Shown here piece by piece: positions 14,304 through 26,051 of a DNA stretch of 64,000 bases (position 1 is the stretch's first letter; every line of letters starts with the position of its first letter). This DNA comes from Spironucleus salmonicida. Its lineage: Eukaryota. The DNA lies in the NCBI RefSeq assembly GCF_000497125.1, contig NC_090598.1:1612001-1676000 (forward strand), written 5' to 3'. The position numbers were made by a program, and so were the translations under genes. A model generated the notes under the pieces. It had not been told where the DNA came from and searched no databases. It worked only from the letters and a program-made list of their open reading frames with translations.

Positions 14304-15710
14304 ATGCCACCAAAACCAACTCATACCGTCACAGGAGTTGATTCTAATACTACTATCACCATTGACTATAGCACTTGTATGGGATGTGGTATGTGTGGAC
14401 GTATCTGCTCAGATAGCCAGTTAGTTGGTGCTTTCAAAGCATCTGCCCCAAAACAACCCCCACAAGTAATTTCTAAGTCTGGAGATTCGTCTGGAAATAC
14501 AGATACAACCCGCATTAAGTTAGATTCATCTAACTGTATTGGTTGTGGTTAGTGCATTACAGTTTGTGGGTTTGGATCCATATACCCTACTTCTAGAGTT
14601 AGTGAAATTTGGGAAGCTAAATAAGCTGGTAAAAAATTAATAGCAGTTTTAGCTCCTGCTACAAGAGTTGGATTGTCAGAATCTATGGGTTAAGAACCGG
14701 GAACAACTTGTGAGGCTTAATTAATTAAAAGTCTTCGTGACATTGGGTTTGATTATATATTTGACAATCTCTGGGGTGCTGATGCTACGACTATTGAAGA
14801 CGCAAAAGAGGCTATTTATGCAAAAGAAAAAGGTATTGGACCAGTATTTACTTCTTGTTGCCCAGCTTGGATTAATGTTGTAGAAAACAAATATCCTTCT
14901 CTTATTCCTAAAATATCAACATCACGATCTCCTCATGGTATTATTTGCTCAACTATTAAAAAACATTGGGTAAAAGAAATAGGCTTAAATGCAGAGGATA
15001 TTTGCGTTGTTGGGTTCATGCCATGCACTGCTAAAAAGGATGAAGCTTTAAGATAGGAACTTATGACTAATGGTGTTGCTGATTGTGATATATCAGTTAC
15101 AACACGTGAAATGGCGGATATTTTCAAGAATAGAAAATTTATATTTAGCATTGAACATGAATAAGAGCTAAAAGATACTAAAGAAGGTTAATTTGATGCG
15201 CCATTTAATAATTACTCAGGCTCAGCTTATATTTTTGGCAAAACTGCTGGTGTTACTGAGGCAGTGTTGCGTTTTATTTGTTCCTTGAAGAATGTACCAT
15301 GTGATATGGCTTAAGCAAAAGTTGAAACTCTCTTCACTCATAAAGACAATGTATAGACTGTTAAAGTTTTTGAAATGAATATTCGTGGCGAAATTTACCG
15401 TGCTGCTGTTGCTCATGGTGGTGTTGCAGTGGATGAATTAGTTAAACTAGTGGAATCTGGATCTTTAAAATGCGATATTTGTGAAATAATGATGTGTCCT
15501 CTAGGATGCTAGAATGGTGGTGGGTAACCTAGATAAATGAAGAAGCCCCTACTTACAAAACGTGCCGATGCATTAGATGAACATGATAAAGCAAGTGTTT
15601 ATTCTGATTGTGAAAGTAATAAAGCTCTTCATGATTATATGGATAAATATATGCCAACAGAACATAATGTTCATGAGGTATTCCATACATATTTTACAGC
15701 TAAAAAATGA
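14304..15710 (+). CDS. [FeFe]-hydrogenase (2x[4Fe-4S] ferredoxin domain plus H-cluster domain), 468 aa
   Basis: CMGCGMCGRIC and CIGCGQCITVC; H-cluster motifs FTSCCPAW, MPCTAKKDE and EIMMCPLGCQNGGGQP; C-terminal HTYFT. Confidence 0.95.
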
Positions 15711-17009
15711 TCATTTTGGAAAATATTTTATAATCATATCATTTTCATTTCTTTATCTTATTCTTTAAATTCTAGATAGATTACTAGAATTATTTATATC
15801 TTAAATATTAAAATTAACTGGTTTTATCATTGATATTTCAAAAATAATTAAAGATTTTACTGTGAGATTATTGGTAAAATCAAGATTCTATTGAGTTTAT
15901 ATTTCTTATTTATTAAATCTCAAATTACTTTTTGGTGTAATTTTTTAATATTAAGGTGAGGTTTATTTTTTATTTTATTTAGCCACTATACCATTTCTTT
16001 ATTTAATAATTAATAAACTATTTAAATCAATATCACTTTGATCTTAATTTAAACTGTTTTTACTAATTATAGATGCGTCACATGATTTTTAGTGTCTATC
16101 CCAAGGAAGTAATAAATTATTCTTATCAAAGCTATTATTCATCCCTTTTGAGAAATTCAATAAATCTGCTTCAAATTACTCATCTTTATATTAGTTTCTC
16201 AATTCTAATACTGATTTTTACCGTAGCATTTCCTAAGTTTTATTCTATATTCTTTATGATACATTAATTTTACAATATTTACCTTATTTTTATACTTATT
16301 TTTATAAGTTTTCGTTTAATTACTATTAGCGCATATTTTACTATTTCTTTTGTTTAATCATTAGTTAAATTTGTTCATTATCTATAAATTGTGAAGATAT
16401 TCTGCAGCTTGAGTCCTAAGTCTCTATATATCCCTTATCGTCAATTAACTATGTCTCATACATTTAATGTAAGTATCCAATATCTATATAAAATAATATA
16501 TTAAAAAATAAGTTCCTACTATAAAAATTTCACTGCCTTGCTGCTTACTATCTTAATTTTGCAGCTGCTTCAATAAGGTCAAGTTTAAGAGTCTCAAAAT
16601 CTTCTCTTTAACCTCCTTCTGATAGTAATTCGGTGAGTTAATTCCATACATTATAATCACCAAGTAAGTCTTAGAAGACTTATGAAGATACCTCAACAAG
16701 AGCTGATTAACTAATAGCTAAAGACCCTGAAATTTCTTCGTCTTATTAAATTTCTGTACTACATAAAACCTCATCTAATCCATCTAAATTTTCTGTAAAT
16801 AAAATTGACGTATCTAATTTTTCTGCTTAAAGGCAATGGTCAAGAATTTTAAAAGCTGTCTCGTCACTGATATTTAAAGATTAAGCTAACACGGGAATTA
16901 AGGATTATGCATAAAAATATTTATTAGAGTCAATTAAAACCCTACAAAGTGAATAAAATGATGCAAATTCCAGATCTCTATAACGGCGTGCTGCTTACAA
17001 TGTGTTCAT
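15711..17009 (-). CDS. hypothetical protein with weak ENT-domain-like N-terminus, 432 aa
   Basis: ATG 17009 is in frame with TGA 15711-15713. N-terminus RRYRDLEFASFYSLCRVL...LIPVLAQSLNISDE. Confidence 0.6.
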
Positions 17010-17116
17010 TATATTTTAGTGAACCGAATGTAAAATTAATTTATATATAATGAAAATACTATTTATTATTATTACGATTTATATATAATTAAGATATTAA
17101 ATATTGATAGTAAAAT

Positions 17117-17536
17117 ATGCCTACTCTCAGTAAGGAAGATATAGTATCTACAATAACAGCTGCAGTTATGTTAGAGTATGAAGAATATCTAGAGACATAT
17201 GGAAATTAGTCAGTATTATCAAATGACTTAAGGAATCTTTCTCATGATATCAGTAACGAAATGAGCAACTTTAGTATTCGAAGTGTAGAATTTTAATAAT
17301 TTTCTGATATAAGTTATATAGATGGTGAGCTAAGCATATAACTGGATGACTAAAATAAATAAGGTGTTCAGGAAATTGATAAAATTTTAGGTATTGATAT
17401 ACCTAAAATTGATCCTGAAATATTATAAATTGAAGAAAAACTAATCAAATGGACTAGAATATAGGCTAAAGATATTATTAAATAACTTATTGAGGATTAA
17501 GGTGAAGCCAATAATGATAGTTTTGAAATTAGCTGA
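17117..17536 (+). CDS. hypothetical acidic protein, 139 aa
   Basis: Open frame ATG to TGA between AT-rich spacers. Confidence 0.65.
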
Positions 17537-17596
17537 GAATTATTTATATAATATTATATAATTAAAATTGTTTTATTTGTAAATTTTGAAATTACA

Positions 17597-18307
17597 ATGA
17601 ATCCTTAATAATATAAATCTTTAAAATAACGTTAATCAGAGTAATAATAACCTCGAACTTCACGGCCTCCTCCTACAGAAAACTGGGATACATATAAGTA
17701 AGATCATACAAAATATAAATTGACTTAAGCTGAAATTGAGTCTAGGAAATAATAACGTGCACCACAATAAAGAGGCAATGAACCTCTATTATCAAGGAAG
17801 GATTTTCAATCCAAATATTTAGATAAAATGTATGATAACTAATATTCAGACCCACATGAACGTAAAATAAAACGTGAATTAGATAATCTATTAAAAGATA
17901 CTAAGAAAGATAGAGAAACTGAAGGGACCACGCCTATGGAAATTTAAAGAGAGTTAGATGATTTAAGACAAAAAGTGGCTGAGCTTACAGCATCTGCTGA
18001 ACCAAAAAGTGTAAGTATAGCACCATAAGTCATAACATAAGATAGGAGAAGTTCTGAATAATTTAAATCTATTAGTTTGGATCCAGTTTTATTAAATAGT
18101 GTCACTAAAGCAGCAGATAAGGTGAATAGTCTTATGATAAAACAAACAGATTTAGACAAATTAGTGAATTAGCTGAAAGTAGAAAATATCCAATTAAAGT
18201 AAGATATTGATGATATTAAATTAACAAGAGAAAAAAGAAAAGAGATTGACGAAGGAATAGAAACAATTTGTCTTGATGAAGTATTGGAAAAATTGAAATT
18301 TATTTGA
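17597..18307 (+). CDS. hypothetical coiled-coil protein with SPICE1-like N-terminal motif, 236 aa
   Basis: ENWDTYKQDHTKYKLTQAEIESRK followed by coiled coil. Confidence 0.65.
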
Positions 18308-18340
18308 GTAATATATTATTTCTTTTTATTTATAAGAAAA

Positions 18341-19228
18341 ATGAGGATATTATATAATTTTCTTCATATTGATTTGTAAAAATAAGTTGACAACATAGTT
18401 AACGCAATAGAAAAAAAGAAAACTTATATTTAGATGTAATTATTTGTTAATCATTATAATTAAGTTATGCACGTTATTAAAAATGATCTACCACAATACT
18501 GGTTTTGTACAATTGAAGCTTTATATTGCAAAAAAAATCAAATTGTTAATAATTTGAGATTCCAATATGAATAGGAAAATAATATACAATTATTTGATAG
18601 CTGGATTGATACATTTAATGTAGATAAAGATTGTTCAACTTTATAATTTTAGGATTTCATTTTTGATAAATTAAAAATATAATATGAGAAGTAAATAATC
18701 CCTAATATGATGAGATTATATTAATAAAAATATGGATCTTGTGCAACTATTGCTAGGTTAATAAAGTTTATTCTAGATAAAAATGAAATCCCATCACTAA
18801 TAGTCTACCATACTGATGGAACTCACTGCCTAAATTAAGTTATACTTTAAAATAAATTTATAATATTTGATTATTTTTACTCTGTTAATAAAAAGGTACT
18901 TTCCTACTAAAAAGAAGCTGAATTCGATATTACTATTGAGGATACTAAAGTATACACAGATATATGTAATCAGTTATCTGTTTCTTCTAATATATCAACA
19001 TTATAAGGCATCATAACGTGTATTTAATATTTTATCAAGGGATTAAAGACTCAAAACATAATTTATTAAAACTTTTCTTTCGAAATTCTTAGCATATTAT
19101 TTAATAAGGATATTCAATTTATAGAGAGATCTATAATTGATAAATTTATTGGAATTTGTAAACTGACTATTGAAATTTAATAAGAAAATGAAATCATTAA
19201 TATTCTTACTATTATTTAGTATATATGA
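18341..19228 (+). CDS. transglutaminase-like (papain-fold) domain protein, 295 aa
   Basis: GSCATIARLIKFILDKNEIPSLIVYHTDGTHCLNQVILQNKFIIFD has the Cys-His-Asp triad spacing of transglutaminase-like cores. Confidence 0.65.
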
Positions 19229-19239
19229 TATTATTTTTA

Positions 19240-19509
19240 ATGTAAAAATACATATTATAAACATAAAATACTCTACTTAGGATTACATCGTCTTTAGAAT
19301 CTATAAAATATTAAACTTTATAATAAAAATAACCTGGATTTGCGATGAAATTTAGAGTTTTATAAGGTAGATCATTAATTTTAGAACAACTAAAATAATA
19401 ATTGAACCACATCAATAATATGGATGACTTAGCTAAACTCTAAGTATAAATTAAGTTATTTAAGACTTAAATTTTAGGTAATGGTAAGTAATTTATTGAT
19501 AAAATATGA
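19240..19509 (+). CDS. small hypothetical protein, 89 aa
   Basis: ATG-TGA frame filling the gap between two genes. No motif. Confidence 0.45.
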
Positions 19510-19519
19510 AATGAATAAA

Positions 19520-20692
19520 TCAGTCTTCACTATTATCAGTTTTATTCTTTACTGCATAAACTTTCTCCTTGACATATTTTTATTCACAATTATAAACATC
19601 TCTCTATAATTAATCGCTAACATCTGTCAGCTCAAGCTTAAAGTTTGTATCTTCTATTAAAGAATCCACTTAATTCTGGACTATAGCACTAGATTCATTA
19701 AAGCTATTTATTTGATTCTCTTATTAAATTATATTAACAATAATTTCCATAGCATTATGGTCACTAAGTTTAGTTAAAAATATATGCTCGCCGATATTAA
19801 GTTTCATTGTAAATACTTTGCCTTAGCAAGTTATATTTTTAGTTAAAGCATAATCTAATCGCATACAGGTAACGCAATCATCTGCTGGAGATAAATAATC
19901 ATCTTATTATATGATTTTACCATATTTTATGTCACAGTCTCGAAATGTTATAGGTGGCATATTATCATACTGTTTCAGCATTAAATCTGAAAATTCATTA
20001 AAAAGATTCATCATTTAACTATATTATTTACTGGGTTAGTTAAATCCTAAACTAGGTTAATCATTGTGATAAAATTAATCATATTCACCAGTGATTATAT
20101 TAAATCCATGTTATACTCTTTTTTATTCTAATACAGCCATCCCTTTCTTAACAAATTAAGAGCTGAAATAATCTATATTTAAATCACCTAATAATATAAC
20201 TTTTTAATAATTTTTAGTGAAATCATGAATTTCTTTTAACTGACTCAGCTAAACTTAAGAATTTGCGTTCTTTGCATCTTTCGCATAATCAGCTTATAGA
20301 TGTGTATTTACAATTAATATGTCGTTGACTAATATATATTGGTACCCTTTTGCAGTAAATTTATCAAAATTACAACCTTTAATACTAAACTTTTGCTAAC
20401 CAAATTCTTCAATTTATATTTTTGAAAAAATTGCTAAACCACCTGAAATTGGAGTTACACACGATTTTTTTGGTCCAAATATGTTAAAACTGAACCCATT
20501 TTACTCCATTTATTAAATAAATGACTCAATCATTTTTCGATTTAATAACGAGTTGAAGAGTTCTTATAGACAAACAATATCATAATTTTTTACTCTGTCA
20601 ATTAAAACTTATAATCTAACTGTGCGGAAATCTTTTTAATTTATTTTAAAAGGCTTTGGTCTGCAAAATATATTTATTGAAAAGATTTTCAT
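19520..20692 (-). CDS. endonuclease/exonuclease/phosphatase family, neutral sphingomyelinase-like, 390 aa
   Basis: MKIFSINIFCRP, YDIVCLQELF, SGGLAIFSK, DKFTAKG, NTHLQA, GDLNI, SDH. Confidence 0.85.
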
Positions 20693-20749
20693 TTTATTTA
20701 ATTTTTATATCAAATATAAGTTTTATATAACTTTATATTTTCAAAAATT

Positions 20750-22417
20750 ATGAATGACTTTAACAAAACTGCAGAAGATTTATTGATGTCTTAGTTTTTA
20801 TAATAACGAAATAATTAGCAGATATCTGATGATTAAAAATTCCTTATGTCTCAATTTTAAAGAATACAAGCATCTAAACTAGAATAGCAAGTTTAATATC
20901 ATAATAATGAAAAGATTGCCACATTCAATAAAACACCCTCACCAAAGAAATTATCAGGCAATGAATAATTTTAACCATTTTCTCCATCCAATGATTTTGA
21001 TTAAACTAATGATTTCGATGAGTCTGCTATAAGTAATTCTACGCCAAAATTACTGTCATAAGATCCACCAAAATCGGTATAGAGGAATACTACAGTAAAA
21101 GAGGTTAAAGATATTTTATAATTACTAGGAATAGATCATAAAGAAAATGCACAATAAAATTTGTAGATATAAGATGAATAAATTTTAAAAATTGTGAATA
21201 TAGTAACTTAGTAAAGTACAAATACTATTATTAATGAGTTTAAATAATTATAAAAATAAATGGAATTAATTTAAACAAAACCAAATTAAGCTGTAGTAAA
21301 AGAATCTTATGATGAAAAATAAATTAAGTACTCAATTAGTAATATACAATCATAGTTAGTGGATTTAAAGAAAGATATTAACAGTAAATATGATGAAAGA
21401 ATATTAATGCAACTACTTAAGCTAAATTCTCCACAGATAGTAGCCTAAAAATAATGGTAGCAAAAAGAAACAGTTGAGGATAATAACCTAAATACTATTC
21501 AATAAACATAGTAAGAATATAAATCCGATGCATCTGTGAAAAGTATATTTATTGATTAGAAAAGTAAAAATCAGATTATGACTGAAATAGAAACAGAAAA
21601 TATAGAGTCACAGAAAAGTATATAACAGATAAAAAGGCTTAAATAATAAATTTAACGAGAGGATCATCTAAAACATAGAAAAGAAAGACCTAAAGAAGCA
21701 TTAAAACTCAAAAAATAACATGGAGATAAAATTAATGTTATCCATTACGTTCAGGAAGTGGAACGAAAATCACATAAATTAGAAAGAAGTTCATCTAACA
21801 TAAAAGAAAAATAAATAAAACATAAATCTAGAGAAACTCTCATTATTAATGATTTAGAAAGGACTTGTTAACTAAAAATGAGAGATGTAGGAATTTAATA
21901 ATTTTAATAGAAGTCTAATGATTATAAAATTGTTTAGGTGAAACAATTGTAAGATTAACCAAGAAAATCATAAATTTAGCAATAGACGTCATTATATTAA
22001 TAGACATCTCCATAGCAAACATAAACAAATGTATAATTTTCTGAAAATAAATCTTTAGCCTATTAGGAAAATCTGAATAAACCTAATCATAATAATTAGT
22101 AAAGATAGCAATAATAATAATTTAATCCTTTAATAATATCAACTGTTAAGAATTTCTCAAAATTAAATGTCTAACCAATATAAAATACTTAGTCTACGCC
22201 TCAAATTACTTCCTTTGGTGAGATTTATCCAAATTATGATAAAGATACTGCATAAAAGTATGAAAAGGATGGCCATGGTATAGGAGCATGGGAAAATTCT
22301 GCATATTCAAACTGGAATTTATCATCTTTATATAAATCTGAATTTTCTGATATGTCAGAAGGTGAAATGAGGCAAAATTTTGCCCATGTCACAAAATTTC
22401 CAATAAAGCATCAGTGA
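20750..22417 (+). CDS. hypothetical Gln-rich protein, 555 aa
   Basis: Open frame ending in CAGTGA; low complexity. Confidence 0.75.
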
Positions 22418-22426
22418 AAAATTATT

Positions 22427-24673
22427 TCATTAAAGGCCAAAGCCTTCACAAAACTAAATAGTTAGAATCAGTTTTTACTATAATATTTCATAAGATGAAT
22501 ATTCCGGAATCATAAGGATGCCGAAACAAGTATGACTAGTAGGCAATCTTTCATCTCCGTCTCCATTTTTATGAATTTCGAATTTTGTTTTTGCAAGTCC
22601 TCCTGCCGGAGCTCTTCTTGAACCAAATACAAAAGCACAAAAGTCACTTTTCTATTGATTTGTAAATTGTGATGTAATATCCCAAAAATTTTAAATTAAC
22701 ACAGAGGATGAAGAATAAGGTGCCTGATATTTAGCTATTTTTTTAAGTGCCTCAAAGTTTAATATTTCTTCTCCACAAAGTGCAGAATATAAATCTTATG
22801 CTGAAAGCAAGGATACTGAGGCAGAATCTGTTATTTAATTGAATCCTTATTACAAAGCATCAAATTATTTTTAAATAGATGTATTAAGTTCATACTCTAC
22901 TCTTAACTTGATAAAATTTTATTTATTTTCTTATGAAACTAACTCAAATGCATTCTCTTTAAGAGAAATTTCAATCAATGACTCGTTACTCTCTTCTCTT
23001 ACTATAAAATCAATTAAAAAAATTTAATCTAAATTCTCATCTTGATATTAATCTATCTACTTAATTGACTAATAAAGCTAAGAGTCCAAATCTCGCAAAT
23101 CTTCAAAAACTGTTTCTTGATTTAATAATTTTTTGTAAAAGAAAAATGGGAAATGATTATAAATTATAACACCATTTATTAAGGCTAAGCCTAAAATAAC
23201 ACCTACTATATAGTAATATAAGAAAAGTTCTTCATCTTCTAGCCCAGGAAATTTATTAATATAATAAATATTATCTTCTGGGTATAACTTGAATAGATTA
23301 AATTTCTCATCAAATAACTACTCAGTAAGTAGCTAAAAGAATTCATTGCTTAATCCTCCTGCATCAATACCTTCTTCTCCCTCAAAAACTACTTTAATTG
23401 GTAATCTTAATAAAGCTCTAGCATCAAATGAAGTATAATCTTTATGTCTAGTCTATATATAATCAATTGTATCTTCTACTATTTTACTTCTTCTCACTGT
23501 AATTTTTGATAAATGAGGTAATTAAAAAGTAATATCATATTTTATTATTTGCATTTTTGTACCAGGGTTTAAAATAAATGGATATTATAATAGAGTAAAC
23601 ATGTCAACAGAATATTAAATATTTTCTCGTTGGCGAATCATTAGTTAAATAGGTATTGGTAATATTTCTAAATTTGTATAATCTAAGCTATGTCGCTTTT
23701 GAAGCCAAAAATCTGTATCTGGTGTAATATTATAACTATTTGAATTAATGTAATCGTTATACATTAATTTTATTATTCTTTTAATTTCATTATCATAGTC
23801 TGTAATAGAAATTTTACTCAATAGTTTATATATAAATTAAAGTGTTGATAGAACACTAATAACTTCTTATTTGAAAGGTAATAAATCGATAATGCTAACA
23901 TTATGTCTTGGCCTATCTGCAACTGATAATTTAATAGAAATATAATGATTACATGCATAAATGACTGAATCTAAACTAGAAAGGTTGCCCATATTTATGA
24001 ATTCTTATTCTAATATATTTTAAAAATCTACTAAATTATCTTCTTTTGTGTTTTGTAATACTTTAGAAATGAAAAGTATTGGTTAATGATTTCTTAGTAA
24101 TAAACATTCGGGAAGTCTAAATATTTTATGTAATACACACGGGGAAATAGATATTTTATCCTCCATAGAATATTAAATATTTTCGATAAACATATAATCT
24201 AGCAAAACTTGAATAAAATCTGTAAACTAACCTTTCATCTCTACTATTTTTGATTCTCCTAGAAAAGGTATAAACTGATCTCTTTCCGTTTTCAGTAATG
24301 TAATGAAAAATTATTAGTTAAAATTAATATCACCAAGAAAGTATTCCAAATTTTAGCCGTTTTATATATTTCCAGTAATTGATTATTATATTAAATTTAA
24401 ATCTGCATTTAATGATATGTGAACTTCATTTATTGGTGGAGCTACCCAAGCATCTTATATAGATTGATGTTGGTTTAGTGCCTTAAAAATTCCAGAAAGC
24501 CTCATTAAAGATGGAAAACAAAGTGCAATTCGTCCTACTTTATTAACAGCATCCTTTGCATGATGTGAAATACCACTTACTTCTTAGTAGCTTTAGCTAG
24601 ATTTGCAATATGGATTACTACAGAATTATTATTAGCATCCATATTGTAGTTACTATTCTACTAACAATTCCAT
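22427..24673 (-). CDS. HECT E3 ubiquitin ligase with N-terminal AZUL-like zinc finger (UBE3A/E6AP-like), 748 aa
   Basis: N-terminal [22 protein letters not shown] motifs [17 protein letters not shown] and catalytic [11 protein letters not shown]; ends CEGFGLQ. Confidence 0.9.
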
Positions 24674-24713
24674 AATTAAAAAGTATAATATCTATAATAA
24701 TATATAATATTAC

Positions 24714-26051
24714 TCACTTAATTAGAAGACCTTTCTATCTTTTAACTAGATAATCTTTCAACGCTTTATCTACTTTTTTTTCTGTTTACTCTATCTTATC
24801 ATATTTTTTGACATAGTAATCTTTTAACTATCTGTTGATTGTAGGTTCAAATTCCCTGTCCGGCTCAATCATATAAAGAGGATCTGTTCCAGCTACTTTT
24901 TTATAATATTTCGCCTTTTCTTATTAATCAAATTTTTATTTTGCTCTCTATTAACTTTACGAATTAACTTACTTTTCAAATTCAATAAAAACATCATTTG
25001 ATGACTAAATAGCAGTAAATTTTGTACAACTATCCTTAATAATCTATTAATATTAAACAGCATCCCTATTTTTCGACTACACTCTTTACTTCTAATTTCT
25101 AATTGTAGTCTGTGGCTACTACTTAATCCTACTTTCATTAATAATCGATGATCTAGGTACAGTTTTTAATTAGTTAATAATAAGATTGCTTTTTAATGGT
25201 TAGTTATACTACTGTAGTGTTATAGATTTAATATTAAAATTCTTGGTCTATGTTTCCAATTTCTCTAACGCAGATAGAATATCGTTATCAGATTCTAAAT
25301 CTAAATCATTTAAACCTAATTAAACTTCAGCTAGATTATCAATTTAAGCCTTTTATTATTATTACTCGATAAAACTGATTCCAATTGTAACAGATTTTCT
25401 TTTTAAATCAACTGGTTTTTATTTTATTGGAGAATTTTGAGGTTTTCTTGTTTATGCTGAAGATGATCTAAATCTTTTGAAATAATGTGAATTGTCAAAT
25501 ACATCATCATGGGGTGCCTTGTAAATATTCTCAGATAATTTTTTAGCTGAATTGTCCAATTACTATTGCTTAAATAAGTCAAAATTAGTAGGGTAAGATT
25601 ACTATATATTATTTGCAAGTAGTTTTTGCTTATTTGCTTAACTTGAAGAACCCACAGAAGATGCTCGAGCAAACACTGTAGAAGACACAGGTCTCTTTTT
25701 TTTCTAAGCTATAGCATTAGGTACTAATTATATGTCATACATTTTTTATTATTGCAAATATTATAATTTCTGATCTTATAGTTGTTGTTTAAGTTTTTGT
25801 GTTTCGACGTAACTATTACCTTATTTTTAACTTATAGATTATGAACGCCCAATTATATGAGGTTTTTAATTAATGTTTTGTTTAATTTATGGTTTTTGTT
25901 AAACTAATTGATTTTATTGTTTAATTTGGACAACTGCCAAAGATTAGTTAAATCCAGGTTAAATAATATTTTTATTTTATAATTAAAATGATATTTATGG
26001 TCTTCCTTTTGTCATATAAGATGCCTAAGAAATTGATCTTTATGTTTTCAT
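24714..26051 (-). CDS. hypothetical Gln-rich protein, 445 aa
   Basis: ATG 26051 is in frame with TGA 24714-24716 (AAGTGA). Confidence 0.7.
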
